This document shows, one piece after another, positions 47,510 through 57,359 of a stretch of 64,000 bases of DNA (positions are counted from its first letter, which is position 1; each line of letters begins with the position of its first letter). The notes beneath the pieces are model-generated. The model worked only from the letters and a program-made list of their open reading frames with translations. It did no database searches and was not told the origin of the DNA. Position numbers and translations under genes: made by a program. The DNA comes from an uncultured Candidatus Saccharibacteria bacterium (GTDB lineage: Bacteria > Patescibacteriota > Dojkabacteria > SC72): positions 33,200-97,199 of the forward strand of contig CAZULJ010000001.1 in assembly GCA_964621195.1 (NCBI GenBank). The letters run 5' to 3'.

Positions 47510-49317
47510 TAATATGTCCTTTCAAAATTCATATCAATATCACTAAGTTTCATTTTCCATACTGCAGGTCTACCATGAGGACAACTATATGGGTTATCAC
47601 ACTTTACTAATTTCTTGTAAATATCAAACATCTCCTCTCTATGCAATGATTGGCCACTACGCACACTACCGTGACAAGCCATAGTAGCATATATATCCTC
47701 TTTTAATCTTGCAATCTCTTTTGAAAGATTTCGAATATCATCGCTCAAGGAGAATATTTCATCAAAAAACTTCTTAAAATCAGTATTAACAAACTCCGAT
47801 GGAGAGGCAGATACAGAGATTCCATTCTCTTTAATTGTATATTCAAATCCCAAATCCATGAAGAATTGATTAAGCTCTTCCATTGCTAAAATCTCTACCT
47901 CTGACATTTCAATTTCAAAAGGGACTAAGAATTTCTGATTGGTACTTTCACCTGGCTTGCTCTTTTTCAATCTCTCAAAGGTAATTCTTTCCGCAGCAGC
48001 GTGTTGATCTATCACCCAAAGAATATCTTCCTCAAACTCAACAACAATATATTTATTAAATATCTGAAAAATATTCCTAATAGTTTTAAAATCTTCTTTT
48101 TGAACAAGGCTGGAGGTTGGAGTTCCCAAAAAATCTTCTTTTTGAACAGGAACATATTCATTTAAAGCCTCTCTACTAAATAGTAAGCTATCACGAACAG
48201 ACCCACTTGATTTCTCTTTGAAAGAGATATCTCTTGGTACATAAACCTTTGATTGGCTTGTATTGCCAATATTAGATACAGGTTCCTCTTTTCTGTAGGA
48301 AGTTGCTGATTCTACAGTCTTCTTTACTGCCTCTTCTACTGCAGAATATACCCTGAAAGGATTCAAAAATCTTACCTCCTCCTTTCTGGGGTGTACATTT
48401 ACATCAATTAGTTCTGGATTAATATCTAGCAAAACGACATATGGTATTTTCTCCCCATGAGGCATATATCTTTCCATTCCCTGATATACAGCCCTAGAAA
48501 TACCGAAGTCTTTTACAGGTCTCCTGTTTACAAATAGGTATTGGTGAGATGCTTTTTTTTGATGATCGGAAGGGTGTCCTACAAATCCAGAGATCTTAGT
48601 ACCGCTACCATGGTAGGAAAGTTTTAGAGATCTTTCTACGAATGTCTCTTTTAATATCTCCTTTAATCTTACTTTCTCTACGTTATTGGCTCTTGAATTA
48701 GGTATCTCATTTAAATCCAAAACAACTTTGGAATCCCTTTGTAAAACAAAGTGTATATTTGGATATATTAAAAAATATGGAAGTAATATTTCATATATTT
48801 TCTTGTATTCTGTTTGTGGTGATTTTAGGAATTTCTTTCTTGCAGGGATATTTTCAAAAATGTTGTTAACTAAAATTGATGTTCCCGATTCTCTTGCACT
48901 ACTTTTAACTTTGCTTTGAGTACCATTTGAATATGAGATTTCATTAGCAAGTTCTTCCCCTTCATATTTTGAAACAAGTCTTACAGATGATACCGACACT
49001 ATCGTAGACAATGCCTCACCTCTAAAACCCATTGTTAAAAGGTTGTTAAGATCTTCTAACGAAGAGATTTTACTGGTCGTATGTGCTTTAAATATATCTT
49101 CAATATTCTCTCTAGGAATACCAACACCGTTATCGCTCACCTCTATACTATCAATCCCCCCATTAACAACTTTCACTGTAATCTTGGTAGCACCAGCATC
49201 AATGCTGTTGTCAACCAGCTCTTTAACGACAGATGCAGGCCTTTCAATTACTTCACCCGCAGCAATTTGATTTACTAACTCTTGTGGTAACTTGTTTAAA
49301 ACGATTGGTTCACTCAT
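47509..49317 (-). CDS. mutL: DNA mismatch repair protein MutL
   Basis: GHKL ATPase motifs (ELVDNSIDAG, SDNGVGI, GFRGEAL); C-terminal dimerisation/endonuclease region; 602 aa. Confidence 0.9.
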   Translation of the reverse strand: MSEPIVLNKLPQELVNQIAAGEVIERPASVVKELVDNSIDAGATKITVKVVNGGIDSIEVSDNGVGIPRENIEDIFKAHTTSKISSLEDLNNLLTMGFRGEALSTIVSVSSVRLVSKYEGEELANEISYSNGTQSKVKSSARESGTSILVNNIFENIPARKKFLKSPQTEYKKIYEILLPYFLIYPNIHFVLQRDSKVVLDLNEIPNSRANNVEKVRLKEILKETFVERSLKLSYHGSGTKISGFVGHPSDHQKKASHQYLFVNRRPVKDFGISRAVYQGMERYMPHGEKIPYVVLLDINPELIDVNVHPRKEEVRFLNPFRVYSAVEEAVKKTVESATSYRKEEPVSNIGNTSQSKVYVPRDISFKEKSSGSVRDSLLFSREALNEYVPVQKEDFLGTPTSSLVQKEDFKTIRNIFQIFNKYIVVEFEEDILWVIDQHAAAERITFERLKKSKPGESTNQKFLVPFEIEMSEVEILAMEELNQFFMDLGFEYTIKENGISVSASPSEFVNTDFKKFFDEIFSLSDDIRNLSKEIARLKEDIYATMACHGSVRSGQSLHREEMFDIYKKLVKCDNPYSCPHGRPAVWKMKLSDIDMNFERTY

Positions 49318-49364
49318 ACGAAATATTTTAACACAGATGAAAGATATTCTGTTAAAATCTACAA

Positions 49365-51332
49365 ATGATACAAGAGAAATTCATATTAAAATCAAAATAT
49401 ACCCCATCACCAGATCAAGAAAGGGTTATCTCAACTCTCAAGGAGAATATTACAGAGGGGAAAAAAGGGCAGGTCTTACTCGGTGTAACAGGCTCAGGTA
49501 AAACATTCGTGATGGCCAACCTTGTGAAAGAGCTTAACAGGCCTACTCTCGTACTTTCTCACAACAAAACCTTAGCTGCTCAGCTGTATGAAGAATTCAA
49601 GGAATTCTTCCCAGAAAATGCTGTTAAATATTTCGTATCCTACTATGATTACTATCAACCAGAGGCATATATTCCTGCTAGAGATTTGTATATTGAGAAA
49701 GAATCAGAGGTAAATGATGAGATAGAGAAACTGAGATTAAGTGCAATGAACGCTGCAAGAACAAGAAGAGATACCATAGTAGTAGCATCAGTATCTTGTA
49801 TTTACAATATTGGTAGTCCAGAAAACTATGAAAACAAGTCCATGGAGATTCTTGTTGGACAAAGTATAGATATTGCAAAGCTCTCCCAACAGTTATCCTT
49901 CCTAAGATATGAGAGAGAGTCTACAGACCTAATATCCGGGACATATCTTGTCAGGGGGGATACTATGGAACTCTTCATGCCATATGAGGAGTATCCTGTT
50001 CGTATAGAGTTTTGGGGGAATGAAATTGAGAAGATATCATATATTGAGCCGATATCTAAGCAGAAGATCTATGAGGTAGATAATCTGGACATCTTTCCTG
50101 CAACTCCACTTGTATATGATGCCGAAACTATGGCAAATGCGGTTAAAAATATAGAGGACGATCTAACTAAAAGGGTAACCTTTTTAAGAAATATTGGTAA
50201 GGAATTAGAGGCTCATCGATTAGAACAAAAGACAAGGTATGATATCGAAATGATGAGAGAGATCGGTTTTTGCAAAAGTATGGAGAACTATTCAATATAT
50301 TTTGATGGAAGGAGAAGTGGACAACCTCCATTCACTTTACTCGACTACTTCCCAGATGACTACCTTCTCTTTGTGGATGAATCTCATATTACAATCCCAC
50401 AGGTAGGTGGTATGTACAATGGTGATAGGGCAAGAAAAACCAATTTGATTGAACACGGTTTTAGATTACCAACCGCATATGACAACAGACCTCTGAATTT
50501 TGAAGAGTTTAGAAAGAAACAGGGCCAAACTGTATATTTTTCGGCTACACCAGATGAATGGGAGATAATCGATAGCAACAAAACTGTAGTAGAACTACTA
50601 ACAAGACCTACTGGACTTCTGGATCCTGAAATTACAGTTAGGAAAACAGAGAATCAGATCGATGATGTAATAAATGAGGTGAGAAAGAATATTGAAAAAG
50701 GAGAGCGAGTATTAATTACCACATTAACAAAGAGGATGTCAGAAGATCTAACGGAGTATTTAAAGGAATACGATATTAAGGTTGCATATCTTCACTCTGA
50801 TATAGATACTGTGGAAAGGGTAGATATCCTTCGTAATTTAAGACTGGGAGAATATGATGTTTTGGTTGGAATCAATCTTTTAAGAGAAGGTATCGATCTT
50901 CCAGAGGTATCTCTTGTTGTAATTCTTGATGCTGACAAGGAGGGATTCTTGCGCTCAAAGACTAGTCTTGTTCAGACAATTGGTAGAGCTGCAAGACATC
51001 TAAATGGAAGGGTAATTATGTACGCAGATAAAGAGACGGAAAGTATGAAATTTGCAATCGATGAGACAAATAGGCGTAGAACCTATCAATCAAAGTTTAA
51101 CAAAGAACACAACATTACACCCCAATCAATAAAGAAGGCGATAAGGGATAGATTAGTTGAAAAGGAAGATATTGAAAAGAAGAGTCTTGATATTGAAGTT
51201 GAGAAGTTAACGGAGAAGCAAAAGAAGTTACTAATAAAGGATCTAAGAGGGAAGATGATGTTAGCGGCTGATAACCTTCAATTTGAAAAGGCAGCAGAGA
51301 TAAGGGATAAGATAAAGGAATTAAACATCTAG
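49365..51332 (+). CDS. uvrB: excinuclease ABC subunit B
   Basis: Helicase motifs GVTGSGKT, DESH; beta-hairpin; C-terminal UVR domain (LQFEKAAEIRDKIKEL); 655 aa. Confidence 0.95.
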   Translation: MIQEKFILKSKYTPSPDQERVISTLKENITEGKKGQVLLGVTGSGKTFVMANLVKELNRPTLVLSHNKTLAAQLYEEFKEFFPENAVKYFVSYYDYYQPEAYIPARDLYIEKESEVNDEIEKLRLSAMNAARTRRDTIVVASVSCIYNIGSPENYENKSMEILVGQSIDIAKLSQQLSFLRYERESTDLISGTYLVRGDTMELFMPYEEYPVRIEFWGNEIEKISYIEPISKQKIYEVDNLDIFPATPLVYDAETMANAVKNIEDDLTKRVTFLRNIGKELEAHRLEQKTRYDIEMMREIGFCKSMENYSIYFDGRRSGQPPFTLLDYFPDDYLLFVDESHITIPQVGGMYNGDRARKTNLIEHGFRLPTAYDNRPLNFEEFRKKQGQTVYFSATPDEWEIIDSNKTVVELLTRPTGLLDPEITVRKTENQIDDVINEVRKNIEKGERVLITTLTKRMSEDLTEYLKEYDIKVAYLHSDIDTVERVDILRNLRLGEYDVLVGINLLREGIDLPEVSLVVILDADKEGFLRSKTSLVQTIGRAARHLNGRVIMYADKETESMKFAIDETNRRRTYQSKFNKEHNITPQSIKKAIRDRLVEKEDIEKKSLDIEVEKLTEKQKKLLIKDLRGKMMLAADNLQFEKAAEIRDKIKELNI

Positions 51333-51333
51333 T

Positions 51334-51783
51334 TTATATTTTCTCAAAATATAGCTGATATATAGCTCCTTCTTCTTGATCTATCACTCTCTCGAAAACT
51401 ATTCTATATTTACTCAATATACCCTTTTCAGTTAAAGGCATAATCTCAGACCTAAGTTCATCATAACTGTATAGTCTCTTTAGTAGGACTCTTGATCCAG
51501 ATTTATTCGTTAAAGCTTTTATACGCTCTTCAATCTCTGTAATTTCCTCTAAAGAATTAAGAAGAATGTAATCAAAAGTTTCTTCCTCTTCAACGCAATC
51601 AATATTTTCTAATGGTATATACTGAGCACCAAGCTCAGTAAATAATCCTTCAGAGTCAGTCTCCCAAGAAGCTACGAGATCTATAACTCTTTTACCTTCA
51701 AATTGATGCGTAGAAGATATAACAAGAGCTGGTTCTTTTGATTCACCGATCTCTAATTTAATATCCTGATTCTTTAAATCCAT
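51334..51783 (-). CDS. hypothetical acidic protein
   Basis: 149-aa ORF tightly packed against the uvrB stop; no motif recognised. Confidence 0.4.
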   Translation of the reverse strand: MDLKNQDIKLEIGESKEPALVISSTHQFEGKRVIDLVASWETDSEGLFTELGAQYIPLENIDCVEEEETFDYILLNSLEEITEIEERIKALTNKSGSRVLLKRLYSYDELRSEIMPLTEKGILSKYRIVFERVIDQEEGAIYQLYFEKI

Positions 51784-51868
51784 AGGCTTATAATATCAAC
51801 TATCTACAAAAAAATAAAAGGGGTAGTATTACCTACCCCTTCTAATTCAATTTCAGTTTCTTCAGGAA

Positions 51869-52189
51869 TTATCTGTAGAAGTCATCTCTTCTACCACCCC
51901 TGTCGTTACCTCTTCTGTCGTTTCTGAAACCACCATCCTCTCTAGGAGGCTTAGCAATAGAAACGTTGATAGCTCTTCCGTCAACCTCTTTACCATTTAA
52001 TTGGTCGATTGCTGCAAGTGCTAACTCTTCTGTAGCCATAGTAACAAAACCAAATCCCTTGGATCTGTTCTTGAACTTGTCTACAATAACCTTTGCCTCG
52101 ACTACTTCTCCAACTTGGGAGAAAAGTTCTAACAAAGACTCATCTGTGGTACCCCATGAAAGGTTTCCAACAAAAAGTTTGTTTTGCAT
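51869..52189 (-). CDS. RNA-binding protein with RRM domain and Arg/Gly-rich tail
   Basis: RNP2 KLFVGNL and RNP1 KGFGFVTM; C-terminal RRGNDRGGRRDD; 106 aa. Confidence 0.9.
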   Translation of the reverse strand: MQNKLFVGNLSWGTTDESLLELFSQVGEVVEAKVIVDKFKNRSKGFGFVTMATEELALAAIDQLNGKEVDGRAINVSIAKPPREDGGFRNDRRGNDRGGRRDDFYR

Positions 52190-52464
52190 TTATAAATAAA
52201 TAAAAAATAAAAAGACTACGGATAAGCACACCAGAAGGTAACCTACACAGGGTATTACTAATATAATACCTTTCTTAACATAGACACTTAATTATACCAT
52301 AAACTTTCAAAAGTAAATAATTATTACAATTGCCTTTATGAAAGCATTTTGGTAGAATAACAAGTTCTAAATTTCATTCTTCTACTAAAAAGTGGAAACA
52401 AGAGGTGAAGAACCTGAGCCTGGCGAAGGCTTAAATAGAAAAATTACTAAGAAAATAGAGAAAT

Positions 52465-52728
52465 ATGAGTATAAACTTGATATTACAAGTCTTGGGCTAC
52501 TTTGGCGTTGGCTTTTTAGAGATGTTTTTGGCCACCCAAAGAACCTATTGGATTTCAAAAGGCCGATCAAAAGGAGTGGCCCTCTTAGTATTTTTTGAAA
52601 ACTTTATCGCTTTCTATATTATCTATAACGTTGCAAACCACCTTGATGGTCAGTGGGGATTACTAGTCTCATACGCTTTTGGCAACGCGATCGGTACATA
52701 TATTAACCTTGAGAAAGTACCTTTTTAA
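52465..52728 (+). CDS. small hydrophobic protein, hypothetical
   Basis: 87-aa ORF with two predicted helices upstream of nadK; weak support. Confidence 0.3.
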   Translation: MSINLILQVLGYFGVGFLEMFLATQRTYWISKGRSKGVALLVFFENFIAFYIIYNVANHLDGQWGLLVSYAFGNAIGTYINLEKVPF

Positions 52729-52792
52729 AGAATAATACCCCATAACAGTCGGTCACATCATAAGCTTAAATCTCTTGATATAATTCATCTCG

Positions 52793-53542
52793 ATGAGAAT
52801 AAAATATTTAATAAACAATGATCCAAGAGTTGAGGAGTTTAACAGCCTTGTTAAAAGTAAATTCCCACAACTTCTCACAGAGAAAGCCCCTGAAATATAC
52901 CTGGTAGCTGGGGGAGATGGAGCAATGCTTCATTTCATACATGAGACAATAGATACAGGTATTCCATATATCGGCAAAGCTATGGGAACTTTCAATTTTC
53001 TAATGAACAGAATAACTGATGATGAAAAAACAATAAATGATCTTCTAGAAGACAAAATCGATTTAGAAATCTTTAATTCATATGCAATAGAGGCCTCTTT
53101 AGATGGGGAGAAGCTTGGAGAAGCCGTAAATGATGTAATACTAGGAGACAAACTCACTGGATATCACACATTCAAAATATCTACAGAGAATGGAGACTTT
53201 GAGGAATTTGAAATAAAGGGGTCCGGAATATGCATAAGCACACCAATAGGATCTACAGCTTTCAATTTCAACAACAACGGAAGAATATTACCCCTAGACT
53301 CATGCCTACTCTCTATGACAGGTGTTGTATGTAATAGATATTTGAATGATATTTTTCCATTTCAAGAGATAAATATTGAGGCAAATGGGGCAAAGATATA
53401 TTTAACAAATGTTGAATCTAAGATCCTTTCGGAAGGATCCAAATTAACATTAAAAAAAGGTAGTAAAATTGGTATCACCTTTATTGACAAAGAGGATTTT
53501 TTAAAAAGAAGAAGAGATATTGCTCATAGATATAGGAAATAA
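52793..53542 (+). CDS. nadK: NAD(+) kinase
   Basis: GGDGA (GGDGT-type) motif VAGGDGAML, NE/D-like GTFNFLMN, and ICISTPIGSTAFNFNNNG (DG...T..GSTAYS.SAGG-type); 249 aa. Confidence 0.75.
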   Translation: MRIKYLINNDPRVEEFNSLVKSKFPQLLTEKAPEIYLVAGGDGAMLHFIHETIDTGIPYIGKAMGTFNFLMNRITDDEKTINDLLEDKIDLEIFNSYAIEASLDGEKLGEAVNDVILGDKLTGYHTFKISTENGDFEEFEIKGSGICISTPIGSTAFNFNNNGRILPLDSCLLSMTGVVCNRYLNDIFPFQEINIEANGAKIYLTNVESKILSEGSKLTLKKGSKIGITFIDKEDFLKRRRDIAHRYRK

Positions 53543-54605
53543 TATGAAAGATGTACAGCTAAGAAAAAACATAGAATTAAGCTACTTTAATTGCGAAGTT
53601 GCAATAAGGCCATTAATTGGTTCATTTGTAAGTAGACACAGTAGAATCTCAACGAAAGAAAAGGAGTTAATATCCTCAAGTATTAATAGATATAAAAATC
53701 TACTAATAGAAAATCTTACCGAAACAGGACAAGATAGTAAAGAGAAGATTGTGGGTATATTCAACAGATTCGAAAGGTATATAGAGAGGGAAATATCTAT
53801 TGCAGATAAAAGAGAAGACCTTGACCTCAAAAAGAGGTTCTATGAAACAATAATACATCTTAACGAGTTTATGTTTTTCACAAGTGCAGTAATTACAGGA
53901 TACTTAGTATCTCCCATCATTTCATATTCACCAGTTTCTGTACCAGTTCTTGGGCTTACAGGCCTACTCCTATATTTCCTAAACGAACTTACGGAATTAA
54001 CAAAGATACTTTCTTTAAATCCTAGAAAAACCTATGACTCAAAAGAGATTAACAAACCTAATGTAAAGAAATTAGACAACATAGTGAGCAGAATGACAGA
54101 TAAAGAAATAGTAAGGAAGATAAACAGACTTGAAAATATTCTACTCTCAACAGACCCAGAAAATACCCTCTCACTCAACGAGAGTCTACTTTTAGAAAGA
54201 CTTTACTTCAAGCAAATAGAGAATGGTGAGTTAAAGATATTAACAGATTCCCTGGAAAACAAAGATATAAAGAGAGGAATCTATTTACTAGAGAATCTAA
54301 TAAATGAGTATATAAAACTCTTTGTTTTAAGCCTATCTGCAGTTGATAGTAATCGACCAATACCCAAACCAATAAAGATTGTACATCGAATTTTTTCGAT
54401 AAAAGGTTTAACTAAGTTCGTTGGCTATGTTTTACTTAACTCGGTAACCTTTACCTTCTTTTACAACAGCTTTGAGAGTAATAAAGTAGTAATAATACTA
54501 ATAACCATACTACTAGCGATTGGTGCTTTTTACTTCATCTCTCTTTTAGAAAAAGAGTTTACAAAAGAGATATCGAAGCTTTTGGAAAAAATACAGAAGA
54601 GATAA
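53520..54605 (+). CDS. membrane protein, hypothetical
   Basis: 361 aa with multiple TM helices; overlaps the nadK end by 23 nt. Confidence 0.45.
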   Translation: MLIDIGNNMKDVQLRKNIELSYFNCEVAIRPLIGSFVSRHSRISTKEKELISSSINRYKNLLIENLTETGQDSKEKIVGIFNRFERYIEREISIADKREDLDLKKRFYETIIHLNEFMFFTSAVITGYLVSPIISYSPVSVPVLGLTGLLLYFLNELTELTKILSLNPRKTYDSKEINKPNVKKLDNIVSRMTDKEIVRKINRLENILLSTDPENTLSLNESLLLERLYFKQIENGELKILTDSLENKDIKRGIYLLENLINEYIKLFVLSLSAVDSNRPIPKPIKIVHRIFSIKGLTKFVGYVLLNSVTFTFFYNSFESNKVVIILITILLAIGAFYFISLLEKEFTKEISKLLEKIQKR

Positions 54606-54608
54606 ATA

Positions 54609-54679
54609 CTTGCGGGACATAGACTCGAACTATGATTCACGGCTTCAAAGGCCGGTGTCCTACCATTAGACGATCCCGC
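54609..54679 (-). tRNA. tRNA-Gln (anticodon TTG)
   Basis: Minus-strand cloverleaf: acceptor TGCGGGA/TCCCGCA (a U1-A72 pair occurs in some bacterial tRNA-Gln), D-arm GTCT/GGAC, anticodon loop CTTTGAA, T-arm CATAG-TTCGAGT-CTATG; CCA not encoded; one C-T mismatch at the top of the anticodon stem. Confidence 0.8.
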
Positions 54680-54735
54680 AAAAGCAAACTATTATATCAT
54701 TAACATATTCAATCTTAAAACTCCGTTAAGAATAA

Positions 54736-55872
54736 TTGAAATCTTTAAACTTTAACAGTAACCTATTAAAGATGAAGATATCTCCAAGAAAGAAAAGAAC
54801 AAAAAGCCCTGTAATTATGCCGAAAGGTTCTACTAAAAGAATCAACATTGTAAAAAGAAAAAAGAAATTTCAATTACCACAGATATTTTCCAAAAAGAAT
54901 AACAAATACAACAGGAGAGCATCACATAGTATAAATTACAAACTCTTAGCGATTCCAGTACTAGGTATTCTCTTTTTGGTATTAGTATACATATCAATTA
55001 GGTATATTACCTTTATAAGAAGTAATGCATTTGATGAAGAGGCATATATAGTTGGTGATGTTGTAGGACTAGAAGAAATACCTGAATATCCTGGCTCCGA
55101 ATTTATCTTCAAAAACAACTTAGAAGACCCTGTTGTTAAAGAGTTCCTTGCATCAGGCAATTCTGCATACAGGCTCGTAGAAAGCACATCGATCGAAGAA
55201 ATTGAAAGTTACTACCAAAGTGAACTACCCAGTAAAGGATGGGAGCTTGCAAATCAGGTGCCACTTGGTACAGAGGACAAGAAGTATGGTCAATATTGGA
55301 TTAAAGATGGACTGGGACTTAGGATATACTCAAAGTTTAAAGATATTTGGTATGAGACTATAACAGAAGAAGAGGCAAAGACAGCACTTGCAAACCGTGT
55401 ACAAGAAGAAATTGAAAGAGAGATGCTAATGGCAAGTAGTGAGAAACAAGACTTACTACCCGATTATCCTTGGAAAATACAAATACCAAAGGAGTATATA
55501 ATTAAATATAGTGCTACAGATATTAAAGATTACAGAGCAGTATCTTTTCAGAAATTAGGCAGCAATGAGATTGTGGAACTATATCCCGTTGCTAAGTTGG
55601 GTAGTAAAGCATTAGATTACCACTTAGAGGATTACTGTAAAAAGAAAAGTACAGAGGATAAATCCTACTCCATTATCAATACCTTCCCTGTATCTTTTAG
55701 AGACTCTTTGTCTCTTAAAGGTAGCATTACAAACGGGGAGAACAGTTTAGAGGTATATGTTTTAACAAATAGCTTTAACAATACAGTATATGTACTCTCA
55801 TCTACCCAGCAAAATGACCCACTTCTGGGATATATATTCGAGAATATTAAACCAATGGGTAGCAAAGATTAA
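54736..55872 (+). CDS. membrane-anchored hypothetical protein with polybasic N-terminal tail
   Basis: Lys/Arg-rich first 60 aa (PRKKRTKSP...KRKKKFQ), single TM (LLAIPVLGILFLVLVYISI), about 290-aa extracytoplasmic domain. Confidence 0.45.
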   Translation: MKSLNFNSNLLKMKISPRKKRTKSPVIMPKGSTKRINIVKRKKKFQLPQIFSKKNNKYNRRASHSINYKLLAIPVLGILFLVLVYISIRYITFIRSNAFDEEAYIVGDVVGLEEIPEYPGSEFIFKNNLEDPVVKEFLASGNSAYRLVESTSIEEIESYYQSELPSKGWELANQVPLGTEDKKYGQYWIKDGLGLRIYSKFKDIWYETITEEEAKTALANRVQEEIEREMLMASSEKQDLLPDYPWKIQIPKEYIIKYSATDIKDYRAVSFQKLGSNEIVELYPVAKLGSKALDYHLEDYCKKKSTEDKSYSIINTFPVSFRDSLSLKGSITNGENSLEVYVLTNSFNNTVYVLSSTQQNDPLLGYIFENIKPMGSKD

Positions 55873-57344
55873 GAGATCTTCTCCTTTACTAACTTGGCAA
55901 GTGATTCACTTTTCAAAACATTTGTAATATCAGACATCGATGCCTTCCGTAGTGATTCAATACTACCGAATTTCTCCTTAAGTAATTTCTTTTTCTTTGG
56001 GCCAATACCTTTTATATCATCTAATACTGATCTTTTTGAAACTTTTATAGATTGTCTTCGATAGTGTGATATTGCAAACCTATGTGCTTCATTCCTTAAG
56101 TCTATTAATATCTCGGGAGTATCAATATTTATTCTTAAAATATCTCCTTCTTTTACAAACCAAAATTCATCAACCTTCCTACCACCAGATCTTTTTAGAT
56201 GCTTACCCTTTGATATCCCCATCAATGCAATATCTTTTGGTACATACTCCCTTACAACTGACAGTTGGGAGATCCCACCATCTATCAATATTACATCTGG
56301 CTTTACAGTCAAACTCTCATCAATATCGATACCTATATTTTTGATTCTTCTTAATAGAACCTCTTTCAACATTCCGGGATCGTCAGGAGTATCCTTACTC
56401 TTTATTTTAAAGATTCTGTAATCAGATCTTTTAAGCTGACCATCTAAAGCAACCACCATAGATCCATATGCATTCTTGCCCTGCATGTTTGAAATATCAT
56501 AGCACTCAATTCTGCGCATACTCTTTATACCAAGTTCGAGAGCCAAGGAGTTAAAACTTTTAATTCTAGCCTTCTCTCTTTTACTCTGATAACTTTCTGT
56601 ATCGTCGTAATAGGTGAAATCTATAGCTTCACCTATATATCTTAAGTCATTTATACGATCTCTTAACTGTGCTGCTTTTTCGTAATTTTCCTCGGAGGAA
56701 AGTTTAATCATTTCCTTCTCAAGTCTTTTAATATGGTTACTTTGTCTACCGTTAAGGAATTTAACTATATTATTAATGTTCTCTCTGTATTGTTCAGATG
56801 TTATAGCTCCTGCATATGGACCTGGGCAAAGACCAATATGGAAATCAAGGTTGTTTCTACAATCTTTATCCTTACATGTACAGAATGGATATATCCTTCT
56901 GAGATATTTATATACCCTCTTTATTGTATATCCGCTTGGATATGGTCCAAACATCTGCCCCTTTTTATATTCTCCCTTTTTTAAACTTCTAACGATTTTT
57001 ACTGTGGGAAATTCCTCTTTGGTGGATATATATATCCATGCATATGATTTATCATCCTTAAGATCGGAATTAAAGGGTGGATTGTGCTCCTTAACTAAAG
57101 CAGATTCCAATATTAATGCCTCTATCTCATTATTTGTCTCTTGAATATCCAAATCCGCAACAAGAGGCATCATCTGCCTTATCCTTGGCCTATCGAAATG
57201 CTCCTCACGAAAGTATGAGGATACCCTAGATTTTAGATTTACGGCCTTTCCGATATACAAGATCTCTCCCTTGTTATTTAGGAACTTGTATATACCTGAG
57301 GTATTGGGTAAACTCTCAATCTTGGTTTTTAAAATATGTGTCAT
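55869..57344 (-). CDS. uvrC: excinuclease ABC subunit C
   Basis: N-terminal GIY-YIG (SGIYKFLNNKGEILYIGKAVNLKSRV), UvrB-interaction region, RNase H-like endonuclease domain, C-terminal HhH; 491 aa. Confidence 0.9.
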   Translation of the reverse strand: MTHILKTKIESLPNTSGIYKFLNNKGEILYIGKAVNLKSRVSSYFREEHFDRPRIRQMMPLVADLDIQETNNEIEALILESALVKEHNPPFNSDLKDDKSYAWIYISTKEEFPTVKIVRSLKKGEYKKGQMFGPYPSGYTIKRVYKYLRRIYPFCTCKDKDCRNNLDFHIGLCPGPYAGAITSEQYRENINNIVKFLNGRQSNHIKRLEKEMIKLSSEENYEKAAQLRDRINDLRYIGEAIDFTYYDDTESYQSKREKARIKSFNSLALELGIKSMRRIECYDISNMQGKNAYGSMVVALDGQLKRSDYRIFKIKSKDTPDDPGMLKEVLLRRIKNIGIDIDESLTVKPDVILIDGGISQLSVVREYVPKDIALMGISKGKHLKRSGGRKVDEFWFVKEGDILRINIDTPEILIDLRNEAHRFAISHYRRQSIKVSKRSVLDDIKGIGPKKKKLLKEKFGSIESLRKASMSDITNVLKSESLAKLVKEKIS

Positions 57345-57359
57345 ATACCATATTATACC

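Noticed and set aside
52392-52598. 68-aa ORF overlapping the 52465..52728 small hydrophobic ORF
   Set aside because: Alternative frame of the same short region with no features. Only the hydrophobic reading was kept, at low confidence.
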